From the sequence record LC727699.1: a stretch of DNA of 64,000 bases, one strand, 5' to 3'. Positions 23,267 to 33,457 of this stretch are shown piece after piece. The position numbers and the translations under genes are program-made. The notes beneath the pieces are model-generated. The model did no database searches, was not told where the DNA came from, and was given only the letters and a program-made list of their open reading frames with translations. Position 1 is the stretch's first letter, and each line of letters opens with the position of its first letter.

Positions 23267-23443
23267 TTAGTAACTATCTTTATAAGTGCTATTAAGTGAA
23301 ACACTTTCAAAACTCTTTTTATTTTTATCAGCCTCAACAAAGTCTTTACCAACTGATTGTGGTACACCAACTTTCTTAGCAAACTTCTTATCATTGGCTA
23401 CAGCAGCCATGAAGTTATGTTGTTTTTTACTTTTACTAGGCAT
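23267..23443 (-). CDS. Small basic protein (58 aa, not in ORF track)
   Basis: Manually translated MPSKSKKQHNFMAAVANDKKFAKKVGVPQSVGKDFVEADKNKKSFESVSLNSTYKDSY; AGAGGA RBS; stop abuts the terminator. Confidence 0.75.
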   Translation of the reverse strand: MPSKSKKQHNFMAAVANDKKFAKKVGVPQSVGKDFVEADKNKKSFESVSLNSTYKDSY

Positions 23444-23471
23444 CGTATATTCCTCTAAGTTTTCACAACTA

Positions 23472-23500
23472 CACTAAAAAATAATTAAGATATATATTAC
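23472..23500 (+). promoter_or_regulatory. Putative phage early promoter
   Basis: CACTAAAAAATAATTAAGATATATATTAC: A-tract plus TATTAC, the early-promoter core described for phiKZ; two near-identical copies elsewhere in the window. Confidence 0.7.
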
Positions 23501-23534
23501 TACTATGCATACAATATCTTAAGAGGTTAATGAC

Positions 23535-23930
23535 ATGTTTAATCAACAATATAATCCAAATAGTTCAGCTAAGGTAATGGAGACATTACATGCCTGTGCT
23601 AAACTTATTAAGGAAATGTTTTATTATAATGATCAATATGTTCAAGTAGAATCGGCTTATACAGATGATCCAATCCAAGCATCCATTGAAACAGTAAATG
23701 ATGGGTATTACAGATTAGTTATTCAAGACACCACACCAGATAGTACGTGGCCAGTGTGGGCAGTTGTTTTTATCAGACAACGTGGTGGAGATATTAAGTG
23801 TCTCCATATTATCAATCGTATTACTGGAGTATCTGCAAATATAGATACGCAATTCAACTGTGATTCTTTTTACTCTGTTATTGATTTACTATTAGATCAT
23901 TATCGAGTATTAACTTCGATGGAATACTGA
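23535..23930 (+). CDS. Hypothetical early protein
   Basis: GAGG RBS; sole gene between an early promoter and a terminator. Confidence 0.7.
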   Translation: MFNQQYNPNSSAKVMETLHACAKLIKEMFYYNDQYVQVESAYTDDPIQASIETVNDGYYRLVIQDTTPDSTWPVWAVVFIRQRGGDIKCLHIINRITGVSANIDTQFNCDSFYSVIDLLLDHYRVLTSMEY

Positions 23931-23940
23931 TATACATATT

Positions 23941-23962
23941 ACCCTCTCCTTCGGGAGGGGGT
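23941..23962 (+). terminator. Hairpin terminator
   Basis: ACCCTCTCC-TTCG-GGAGGGGGT, then TTAT. Confidence 0.7.
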
Positions 23963-23987
23963 TTATATCGCATTAATTTTTTTATTA

Positions 23988-24016
23988 CACTAAAAAAAGT
24001 TTAAGATCTATATTAC
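23988..24016 (+). promoter_or_regulatory. Putative phage early promoter
   Basis: CACTAAAAAAAGTTTAAGATCTATATTAC, a close match to the copy at 23472. Confidence 0.7.
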
Positions 24017-24071
24017 AGACATGTATCTATATTGGATACTTATTAAAACTTAATGATTAGGAAAATAGAAA

Positions 24072-24278
24072 ATGAAAGTACTAAAGATCGCAGCTGCAAT
24101 TATCTCAACTGGTGCCCTCGCTGTTGCCGCTATTAATCTATATAAGGCCGTTTCTAAATCAACCGTTATTGATGACACCGTAGCTGATGATGATACGGTA
24201 CTAGACAGTGAAGTAGATATTCTAACTGATGAGCTAGATAAAATCGATATTGATGATAGTGCTCAACAAGTCGATTAA
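24072..24278 (+). CDS. Small membrane-anchored acidic protein
   Basis: N-terminal hydrophobic helix IAAAIISTGALAVAAI plus an Asp-rich tail. Confidence 0.65.
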   Translation: MKVLKIAAAIISTGALAVAAINLYKAVSKSTVIDDTVADDDTVLDSEVDILTDELDKIDIDDSAQQVD

Positions 24279-24296
24279 ATAATAGGGTTATCGCTA

Positions 24297-24725
24297 ATGG
24301 CGGCATTCACTTTAGCAAACTTAATGGGTGAGCTAAAGAAGAGTTCCGTCATTGACTTATTCAACGATGGAAAGGTCAAGGCAGAACTCTATCCAGCTCA
24401 TATGACATATATGGGTAGTGTGGTTGACTTACATCGTGTAGGCGATACATTCAGCTTCTATGTTGCAGATGGACATGGAGGCGTCACACGCTATCCATGT
24501 AGTAATCAGATTCTTGAATCGATAACATTAGAACCAGATGTTTATTATAAGTTAACTGGTAAAAAAGTTATTGAGAAAAGAATTGAATTACCAGCTGTTA
24601 CAGTACCAATTGAAGAACCCGCTAAGCGCATGCCGCTGGAAACAATCACATCAGTTGCTGTTATTGGCGGGTTTATTTTGTACGTTGGTACACGGTTTTA
24701 TAAAGCATGTAAAAAATTAAAATAA
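24297..24725 (+). CDS. Hypothetical tail-anchored membrane protein
   Basis: C-terminal hydrophobic helix ITSVAVIGGFILYVG followed by basic residues. Confidence 0.65.
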   Translation: MAAFTLANLMGELKKSSVIDLFNDGKVKAELYPAHMTYMGSVVDLHRVGDTFSFYVADGHGGVTRYPCSNQILESITLEPDVYYKLTGKKVIEKRIELPAVTVPIEEPAKRMPLETITSVAVIGGFILYVGTRFYKACKKLK

Positions 24726-24732
24726 TACGGTC

Positions 24733-25431
24733 ATGCAGTATACTTTAGGTACAATAACCCTAGAGGAAACTGCAATGGCCGTATTAGACCGTCAATTTAA
24801 TATTCGTTTAAATGGTGCTGATTTAGATAAACAAAAGCGAATTATTAAAGAAATTTATACCAGGATTGCAAATGTGAATAACACAGTAATCAATGGTACT
24901 ACTGTAAGACTGATTTTATTTGTTAAAGCTAATGGCCAAGTGGCTACTGGAAGCGATGCTATTAAACTAATCAACGATGCAGAAACTAATCTACAGGCGT
25001 GGGTTCTTTCTAATCGCTTTATCTTTAAATGGATGTTTAGCCATGCTAGTGATTTTGGTGCAATCTCTTCCAATTTTGAAGAAGTTTCACCAGGTGTTTA
25101 TGATTGGAGTAAACGCCGTAGCTTTAATAAAGAATTTGATGATGAGCTAGCTAAAGCAAAAGAACGAAAACTAATTCGTCAAAATAAACCTACTCTATTT
25201 AAAACTATTAAGAAAGTAGGTAAAGCTGCATATGAAACTATTTCAGATAACTCAACTGCAATCGTAAGTTTAACTGCTATTGGACTATTAGCTCTTAAAG
25301 TAACATCTGATCATAATCAAGTTATTAACCAAATGAATGTTATTAAGAAATCAATTGGTAATATTGAGCTACCACCTGTTGAAGTAATCGTAAATACAGT
25401 TGGTGATGTATTAGATATCGATTTGTATTAA
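24733..25431 (+). CDS. Hypothetical protein with possible TM helix
   Basis: 232 aa; hydrophobic stretch AIVSLTAIGLLAL near the C-terminus. Confidence 0.65.
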   Translation: MQYTLGTITLEETAMAVLDRQFNIRLNGADLDKQKRIIKEIYTRIANVNNTVINGTTVRLILFVKANGQVATGSDAIKLINDAETNLQAWVLSNRFIFKWMFSHASDFGAISSNFEEVSPGVYDWSKRRSFNKEFDDELAKAKERKLIRQNKPTLFKTIKKVGKAAYETISDNSTAIVSLTAIGLLALKVTSDHNQVINQMNVIKKSIGNIELPPVEVIVNTVGDVLDIDLY

Positions 25432-25434
25432 GTG

Positions 25435-25467
25435 CATAACGCCCTCCCATTACGGGAGGGCTATATG
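25435..25467. terminator. Bidirectional hairpin, GCCCTCCC family
   Basis: CATAAC-GCCCTCCC-ATTAC-GGGAGGGC-TATATG between convergent genes. Confidence 0.8.
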
Positions 25468-25476
25468 TCGTTAATA

Positions 25477-25992
25477 TCAATCGTTTTCTAATTCTTTTTC
25501 TCGTGCAGCATCCATCCGCTCCATAAATGCATTGGATTCCTCCATGATGATACCGATTTCAGTTTCACCTTCTTCAATAGTGTAATTCTCAAATTCCTCA
25601 TCAGGAATATCTGGAATCTCACGTGGTGTTGCAGGGACATCATTCGGATCACGTATTAATGGATTACGGTTCATTTGCATCTTAACGAATTCAGCAAAGC
25701 CTTCAGCAAGTTCACGGTTAGAGCGTGCACCCTCAGAATCAACTTGAATACGACGGTTAGCAATTGTTGTCTTATCCATTGAATCTGTTAATTTAAGAAT
25801 CATATCAACTGATTCTTTATCAGTAGGTACTTTACCAGTTGTATTTTCTAATACAGCTTTTAGTACTTTCTCTTTAACTGATTGTGTATACCGTATCTGC
25901 TGCTCATATTCTAGATCAGCATATACCTTTTCTTCTGTAGTTGATGATTTCTTTTCTAAAGGCTCATCAGATAAATCTGCACCATGGAACAT
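25477..25992 (-). CDS. Hypothetical acidic protein
   Basis: 171 aa with GAGG RBS. Confidence 0.7.
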   Translation of the reverse strand: MFHGADLSDEPLEKKSSTTEEKVYADLEYEQQIRYTQSVKEKVLKAVLENTTGKVPTDKESVDMILKLTDSMDKTTIANRRIQVDSEGARSNRELAEGFAEFVKMQMNRNPLIRDPNDVPATPREIPDIPDEEFENYTIEEGETEIGIIMEESNAFMERMDAAREKELEND

Positions 25993-26071
25993 TTTATTAT
26001 CCTCTAATTAGTAATAGTAATACCTAACATACTTACCATATGCTAAGTATCTGAAAAATAGGTCCTATATC

Positions 26072-26596
26072 ATGTTTAAGAAACTTATTCAATATTTCCG
26101 GGGCTTCCAAAAGGAAGTTGGTAAAGAACAACTTCTAACTGAATTAGAACGGATAGATAAAGATATTATTTCAGGTGAAGAACGATTAAAAGCTATTAAT
26201 AATTTCTGGCAATTAATTAATCTGGATGAATTAAAAACTCTGACCATCAGGAAGATGATAGGTGTTCCTGTCTATCTAAGACATTACAGTATTGGTTATT
26301 TATTAGATGCTCTAACTAGGTTAAATGATCATATTGCAAATGAAGATGATCTAAAGATTAGTGAAATGTGTCGTACTGAGTTTATCGACAGGAAATCAAT
26401 TGACCTTGATGAATATTTTATAAACAGTAATGATAGTTTTATTGATGTATGTAAATCTATTGAAACTATGCGTGACTTAATTTGGCAACAAACTGAATAT
26501 CTTGAACAGATTAACCATCAAGCATATCAGCGCCAGATGGATAGAATGTACTATGATATTATTGAACTATCAAGAGCAATTATTAAGTTACTATGA
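26072..26596 (+). CDS. Hypothetical protein
   Basis: 174-aa helical ORF with AGG RBS. Confidence 0.7.
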   Translation: MFKKLIQYFRGFQKEVGKEQLLTELERIDKDIISGEERLKAINNFWQLINLDELKTLTIRKMIGVPVYLRHYSIGYLLDALTRLNDHIANEDDLKISEMCRTEFIDRKSIDLDEYFINSNDSFIDVCKSIETMRDLIWQQTEYLEQINHQAYQRQMDRMYYDIIELSRAIIKLL

Positions 26597-26666
26597 GGTG
26601 CAGACTATACAAGTATAAATTAATATAAAGTGTGTTTATTATCAATTCACCGTAGGTGTAAAAAAG

Positions 26667-27428
26667 ATGGAATCTGTAAAAGACTTATTAAGCGATCCTC
26701 AAAAAGGATTAAGGCAGGCAGAAGGGGTTTTGTGTTATGTTTTCCGGGAAGTACTACTGTGGCGTAATATGACACAGTTTGCTTGGGATAAACGTTTGAA
26801 TGCATACTTTCAAAAACCACATAACAAGAATAACCCAGATAAAGGTAATCTTAATAAAGCACTTAAAGCTGATACAATGAGTTGGGATGGCTTTAAGAAA
26901 GCTATTGATTTCTTATCACCTGTTAAAGCAACATTAGAGGTACGTCTGATTTGGGGTACATCAAAACCTGATTCAGTTTATACGATCAATATCGATCCAA
27001 CTGAAGATGAGGTAACTTGCTCTGCAAATGATTTCCCCTATGAAGAATGTGAAATTTTTAAGAATCAAAAACCAGCTACAACTACAATGGCCCATCTGTA
27101 TAGGCATATTCTCTGGAAAGAAGGAATTAACCAGGAGAAGTGGGATAAGCTATGGGAAGAGTTTTTAAATAATCCAGTCAACCTTGTAGGATTGGATAAA
27201 AAGAAACTTACCTCATTGGCTAATACACAAAGGCGTGGTTTACTATCGCCCAATATGTCTTGGAATACATTAAGACGTGGATTCCTACTACTACGGCCTA
27301 AAGAGGAGAGATACACTCTTTCTCTACAATGGACTGATGATCCTAATCTTCGAGATAAACTAGAGGACAGTGTGCATATTGTTCCTGTACCTGATCCTCA
27401 TTGGGTGGAGCCTAATTCAAATGAATAA
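26667..27428 (+). CDS. Hypothetical protein with internal duplication
   Basis: Two similar halves (VLCYVFREVLLWRNMTQFAWDKRLNAYF.. / TMAHLYRHILWKEGINQEKWDKLWEEFL..; MSWDGFKKAI / MSWNTLRRGF). Confidence 0.7.
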   Translation: MESVKDLLSDPQKGLRQAEGVLCYVFREVLLWRNMTQFAWDKRLNAYFQKPHNKNNPDKGNLNKALKADTMSWDGFKKAIDFLSPVKATLEVRLIWGTSKPDSVYTINIDPTEDEVTCSANDFPYEECEIFKNQKPATTTMAHLYRHILWKEGINQEKWDKLWEEFLNNPVNLVGLDKKKLTSLANTQRRGLLSPNMSWNTLRRGFLLLRPKEERYTLSLQWTDDPNLRDKLEDSVHIVPVPDPHWVEPNSNE

Positions 27429-27861
27429 TCCAGAAACCCCATGGGTACAAAATAATTATCCTGTAGATAGCATCATTGTAGATCAGAGCGGTAATACACC
27501 GCTTCCTGATCTATTTCAGTTTAATGGAAAAGAGAAGAAGACCACACTTGATAATGAGAATTTCTTTTCATTCAAAGGTCTTCGGATGTATCTCATCACT
27601 GGTAAAAAAGAAAAGGCTTTTCTTCAACCAGAGGTTAATTCCCATTATAAATTAGACTATGGTTTAAAGTATCAATACGTAGATGGACTTACCAATATCC
27701 TTCGTGATACCCTATTATTAAATCTTAATAGTCGACCATTCGTTTTATTTAAAGCAAAAAGTTTTGGTCCATTAGTTTTATCAGGAGCAAACCTAACCAT
27801 TCAAGAAAAAGAATGGTTTGAAATTGTTTGTGATGTTATTAAATCAATCAAACAGAGATAA
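27421..27861 (+). CDS. Hypothetical protein
   Basis: Likely start is the ATG at 27421 (MNNPETP), overlapping the upstream stop. Confidence 0.6.
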   Translation: MNNPETPWVQNNYPVDSIIVDQSGNTPLPDLFQFNGKEKKTTLDNENFFSFKGLRMYLITGKKEKAFLQPEVNSHYKLDYGLKYQYVDGLTNILRDTLLLNLNSRPFVLFKAKSFGPLVLSGANLTIQEKEWFEIVCDVIKSIKQR

Positions 27862-27865
27862 CTTA

Positions 27866-28792
27866 ATGCATACTGAACATAGCCTTAAAATCAGTAAAAA
27901 GATTAACTTCCTTGTGCAAGTAGAAGCACGTATTAATGAACTATATCAGCAAAGACAAAATATGTCAATTGATCAATTCTCAAAAGAATTTTTCAATGAA
28001 TCACCTGATGTAGTTAAACAAGCTATCACTGAGCTATATACAACATATCCATTCCAAGATGAAACTAATCCAAAACGGCAAAACCTTCGTTTAGCTATAT
28101 TTATCCACGATAATGATGTTAGTTGGATTAGTTCAATTCTAGGCGTAGATGAATTTAATAATGTTTTAAGGCACGCAGATATTTTTTATAATTATGTTAG
28201 TAGTTGCGAGACTGTTGTTCAGCGTAATTATTATGCGTCTTTACCAGATTACCGTGGCTACATGTATGCTATCTATGAAGAGGCATTCAACCGCGTTGCC
28301 CCACTAGTCAATAAGTATTTAGATATTGATGCACATGACAGTGTTTCATTTTTAGAAACACCCCATGTTCTACCAAAAAAGAGTGTATCTATTAAAGATA
28401 TTATTGATCCATTTGGTCCATATAAACCTAATTACTGTATTAGTGATATTTATAGTGCACAAGCTACACAAGTAACAGAAAATACATATATCGCAGTTAA
28501 TACATTTATCCGTACTGAGGTATATGAAAGACTATGTGCTGAAGGCGATACTGTAGATAAGATTGTTATTTCAGATAAACAAAGTATTATTAATGATGAG
28601 GATTATATTAAACTAGTCCAAGATAAGATTAATGCATTCCATAAAGAAATGGTAGATAATGATTTTATACTTTATGCGCCGTTTAATATGTCCAGGTTAA
28701 TTTATGTAATGAAGGCTAAATATCCGATTAAAGTTACTATTAGTTGTAAGGGATTCAAGCATATTGGAAAATTTATTGCTTATAAAAAATAG
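27866..28792 (+). CDS. Hypothetical protein
   Basis: Likely start is the ATG at 27866 (MHTEHS), 4 nt after the upstream stop. Confidence 0.65.
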   Translation: MHTEHSLKISKKINFLVQVEARINELYQQRQNMSIDQFSKEFFNESPDVVKQAITELYTTYPFQDETNPKRQNLRLAIFIHDNDVSWISSILGVDEFNNVLRHADIFYNYVSSCETVVQRNYYASLPDYRGYMYAIYEEAFNRVAPLVNKYLDIDAHDSVSFLETPHVLPKKSVSIKDIIDPFGPYKPNYCISDIYSAQATQVTENTYIAVNTFIRTEVYERLCAEGDTVDKIVISDKQSIINDEDYIKLVQDKINAFHKEMVDNDFILYAPFNMSRLIYVMKAKYPIKVTISCKGFKHIGKFIAYKK

Positions 28793-28802
28793 TAGTTTTT
28801 AA

Positions 28803-29939
<1,137 letters not shown>

Positions 29940-29942
29940 CAG

Positions 29943-29974
29943 CATAAGCCCTCCCATTACGGGAGGGCATTATG
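29943..29974. terminator. Bidirectional hairpin, GCCCTCCC family
   Basis: CATAA-GCCCTCCC-ATTAC-GGGAGGGC-ATTATG between convergent genes. Confidence 0.8.
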
Positions 29975-29988
29975 TCTTTTTTTTATTT

Positions 29989-30801
29989 TTAACGCATGAA
30001 GCCAGGGCGCCTATGTTTAACTGGTGAAATATCCCAGCCAAGACTTTTCGCTAGATCTGTCACATTGGTGATATCAGAACATTCAAAACCCATGTTAATT
30101 TGACGTTCACGTTCACGCTGTACCTGATATAGAGTATCAGGCGTGATAACCATTAATTGATCTTCATAGTTCTCTAATGCAGGGGAATTCCATTTATTAG
30201 CACCGTAAATACCACCTTCCCCAACCATATCCCAAGTTGAAATCTCACGGGTATATTTGATACCGCGCATAGGATCATCTTGAGTTATTGACCTTACCGA
30301 GCAATAAGTATTCTGAGAAGGATTGGTAATAGATGCTTCGAAGTACTTACCAAAAGGACCGTATGGTTTGCATTTGCCAAGTACTAGTTTAATAGGAAGA
30401 CCTTTCTCATCTGTAGAATCAACCAGAATAAGTTCCTTAATATGCGCACACACACGATCATCATCGATTTGACGAATGCGCATTAGGTACTCGTGTTCAT
30501 TCATCCGTGTGCCATCTTTACGATAGGGTTCAGGGTGTTTGTATTCCATGAATAGAACACCCTTTTTAACACGACGCATTAAAGGTGAGTCTGGATTAAA
30601 CATAGATACGCCGGATGCCATTTCATAGAACATACCAGCTGAATTTCGGGTACCATAAGCTCCTAGTGGAGTTAGATAGTAACCATCCGCATCAGGCACT
30701 AATACACCTTTTTTATTAGTACCGGCTAACATATCACTGCCGATAACTACTTGGTTATTAGTACGCTGTTGCAAACCAGAAAAATTAGAATATGGTTGCA
30801 T
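29989..30801 (-). CDS. Prohead (head maturation) serine protease (phiKZ gp175-like)
   Basis: EYKHP (His), CSVRS (Ser) and TWDMVGEGGI motifs; self-cleavage-type SPALE before a C-terminal tail. Confidence 0.85.
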   Translation of the reverse strand: MQPYSNFSGLQQRTNNQVVIGSDMLAGTNKKGVLVPDADGYYLTPLGAYGTRNSAGMFYEMASGVSMFNPDSPLMRRVKKGVLFMEYKHPEPYRKDGTRMNEHEYLMRIRQIDDDRVCAHIKELILVDSTDEKGLPIKLVLGKCKPYGPFGKYFEASITNPSQNTYCSVRSITQDDPMRGIKYTREISTWDMVGEGGIYGANKWNSPALENYEDQLMVITPDTLYQVQRERERQINMGFECSDITNVTDLAKSLGWDISPVKHRRPGFMR

Positions 30802-30812
30802 AACGCAACTCC

Positions 30813-31541
30813 TTAGGTCCTGAGGAGTTCTTCAATAAGCTCTACTGACTCAGATGGGTTAACAAGTGCTGATGTGATAGCTTGATCAAAATAAGCCCCA
30901 TTGAGTTTTGATGTTGTGTCTGAAGTATTCCAGATAACTGAACGGAATGGTACGTCGACTGGTGGATTATCCACGATATCACTGTGTCTAGTTAGCACAT
31001 GTCGATATAGTTGTGACATATCATCCGAGGCACGCTGAGTGGTTGAAATAATAAGTTGTAATGTAGGCCATCCACCAAGATTAACACCAGCGTGTAAATT
31101 AGCTGTCTCAAATAATTTGGCTTTGTCATAATAGTTAATATACCAAGGGAAGTTTCCTTTGTTAATTAACTCATCATAAACATAGTAAGTTAATGTATCA
31201 TTAACAACTAAGTAAGTATTCTGGAAAATCTTACTACCTTTATCAAAATGAAATTCTAGATAAACTTCACCATTGATGTGGACGCGTTCAGTAGAGATTG
31301 GATTTATCCGCATCATTGCAATGGTATTATTTACTGCGTAATATTCATCATTAAAAATAATAGGAAATATACCAATAGTGAATACTTCACTACCAATAAC
31401 AGCTAGATGTCTTCCTGTAAATCTTTCTGGAATCTGTATTTTACATGGGGCATTAGTTACTACTGAATTATCTTCTAAATCAGTTAGATGACTGTGGACC
31501 CGTTCTGGATCCCGTCGAAGAGAACGTACGTCCATTATCAT
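30813..31541 (-). CDS. Probable fifth virion RNAP subunit (phiKZ gp176-like)
   Basis: LRRDPERV, IQIPERF and KGNFPWYINY motifs; position between the protease and vRNAP beta. Confidence 0.6.
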   Translation of the reverse strand: MIMDVRSLRRDPERVHSHLTDLEDNSVVTNAPCKIQIPERFTGRHLAVIGSEVFTIGIFPIIFNDEYYAVNNTIAMMRINPISTERVHINGEVYLEFHFDKGSKIFQNTYLVVNDTLTYYVYDELINKGNFPWYINYYDKAKLFETANLHAGVNLGGWPTLQLIISTTQRASDDMSQLYRHVLTRHSDIVDNPPVDVPFRSVIWNTSDTTSKLNGAYFDQAITSALVNPSESVELIEELLRT

Positions 31542-31614
31542 GTCCTAATTGTTCATTTATGTAAAGATTAAAATACTTAATCAAAATCATGCACCTTTAA
31601 ATATTCGCTGTATT

Positions 31615-31642
31615 ACTCCGGTATCCTTCCAAATACCGGAGT
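31615..31642 (-). terminator. Hairpin
   Basis: ACTCCGGTAT...ATACCGGAGT 10-bp inverted repeat in an intergenic gap. Confidence 0.5.
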
Positions 31643-31688
31643 TTATCATCGATTGCATGTTTTAATGATTATTAACCATTAAGATAAT

Positions 31689-33248
31689 TTAATTAGAAAC
31701 TTCTTCTTCGATTTCAACATCATCTAAAGTTTCAGTGCTATCATCTTCTACAGTTTCAATAACTTCTTTTACTGGTAGTTTTGCATAAGGATCAACAACA
31801 CCAGTGAACCGCTCAACTTTAATCTGTTGAGACAGCCATGCTGCCATTAGTGAAATTAGTGATTGTGTATTGAGTTCACGTAGAGTGGCCTCAGGATACA
31901 TTTGACTAAATTCATCAACTGCTAGCAGATATTGCCAGTAAACATTTTCTGTAAAGAATGTTTTACAGATAAGTTTACCAAAGGTGATATAAGGATTCTT
32001 AAGATCTTCAGTCGTCATCGTACTCATTGCTTCTTTAATACGATATTCGAGTTCATTAACATGGCGATCTTTAAGTTCAGTATTAATGACACCATCCATA
32101 AATGATTCATGAATGTCATTGCGTAGTTTACGTAAACCTTTATCCATAGCCGATTGTTTAATCAGCGGATATACTGATAGCCAACGTTGAATAAACTGTT
32201 CTGAGTTATTAAGAATCTGTTCTAGGTAAATGTTATTACTACCTGCTACAGCTGCACCAAGGATAGCTTGGATGTCACCACCGGCTAATTCAAATTGAGG
32301 TGCAACATCACCATTAATGATTACTTTGCAACGAGAATTAGCAACTACATTATTAGCTTCTGAGGCTAGGATGAGTAGACCTGCATCACGATCAGCTTGA
32401 CGACGTTCATAAGCACGCTTGAGATAGAATCCAAACATCTCATGTAGTTTACGAATAGTTAGTGACCATGTTTCTAGGTCAACATCACTCTCGCCAATAA
32501 CTTCAACCGGGTTATCGATGTAGTGACCGCAAATCATGTAAGCCAGAGCTAGTGAATCAACAGTGAATGGGAAGGACCTACCCACAACATATTCAAGTTC
32601 ACCTGGAATGAGAAGACGACCATCATTGAAGATAGAATTCCACACACCTTCAATAACAGCGGCACTATTAGGAATAGATAGTAGCCATTCTTCAACTTCA
32701 GTTTGATCTAGATGCGGATTACCCATTGACACTAACCGAATAATTTCATTAGCATCAATTGATTCTAGAATAAAGGTACGATACTCAGGTAGCGGCTGTA
32801 AATTATTGTATCGTGTACTAACGTGTGCAGTTAAGCGGGGATCACTATGAACTGCATTATAGTGGTAGAATGTAGCGCTTACATCTGGTTGACAACTAAT
32901 GCTTTGACGCTCATTAAAAACACGTACCATATATTCAATTGCAGGGCAAATAACATTCTGCGTATTGAATTGGATCTTTTGTAATGATGAGCAGACATGT
33001 GCAATCAGAGCTTCTTGCTCTTCTTCTACACTAACAGGTTGCTCTTGGTTAGCTTCCTCGAAGAACTCTTCTACAGATGCTTCCAGCTCTTCAGAGAGGG
33101 CAACTTTATTAGAGTTGCCATCTACACTGAAACCATCTGCAAAGACCGCAAGGGGATATGTTTCATTAGGGATAACTAGAACAAGGTTATCCTCAGTTAG
33201 ACTACGTGCTGAGCCAACAATCGCAGCTTGGGTTTCTTTACAGAACAT
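31689..33248 (-). CDS. Conserved virion-associated protein (phiKZ gp177-like)
   Basis: 519-aa acidic protein between the gp176-like and gp178-like genes; GGAG RBS. Confidence 0.55.
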   Translation of the reverse strand: MFCKETQAAIVGSARSLTEDNLVLVIPNETYPLAVFADGFSVDGNSNKVALSEELEASVEEFFEEANQEQPVSVEEEQEALIAHVCSSLQKIQFNTQNVICPAIEYMVRVFNERQSISCQPDVSATFYHYNAVHSDPRLTAHVSTRYNNLQPLPEYRTFILESIDANEIIRLVSMGNPHLDQTEVEEWLLSIPNSAAVIEGVWNSIFNDGRLLIPGELEYVVGRSFPFTVDSLALAYMICGHYIDNPVEVIGESDVDLETWSLTIRKLHEMFGFYLKRAYERRQADRDAGLLILASEANNVVANSRCKVIINGDVAPQFELAGGDIQAILGAAVAGSNNIYLEQILNNSEQFIQRWLSVYPLIKQSAMDKGLRKLRNDIHESFMDGVINTELKDRHVNELEYRIKEAMSTMTTEDLKNPYITFGKLICKTFFTENVYWQYLLAVDEFSQMYPEATLRELNTQSLISLMAAWLSQQIKVERFTGVVDPYAKLPVKEVIETVEDDSTETLDDVEIEEEVSN

Positions 33249-33259
33249 TTTAACACTCC

Positions 33260-33457
33260 TTAGATATTGAGGTTCTTCATTAAGCGAGCGTTTAAAGCTG
33301 CTGCAATATCAGCCTCAGTTAAAAACTCCCCATTCAGAGATGGGGAGCTGGTGGTGCCACCAAGCGATTGTAGAATTGCTTGAGTACCTAGTTTAACAGC
33401 AGCATGAAGAACAGCAATGTTCTGACCATGTGCTACATTATTACTTAGCTTTTGCAT
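33260..33457 (-). CDS. Small hypothetical protein
   Basis: 65 aa; overlaps the vRNAP beta 3' end by 17 nt and fills the gap to the next gene. Confidence 0.55.
   Translation of the reverse strand: MQKLSNNVAHGQNIAVLHAAVKLGTQAILQSLGGTTSSPSLNGEFLTEADIAAALNARLMKNLNI

Noticed and set aside
23098-23477. ORF-track calls 23098-23394 (-) and 23286-23477 (+)
   Set aside because: The 58-aa frame at 23267-23443 has the RBS and ends at the terminator; these two cross the hairpin or promoter.
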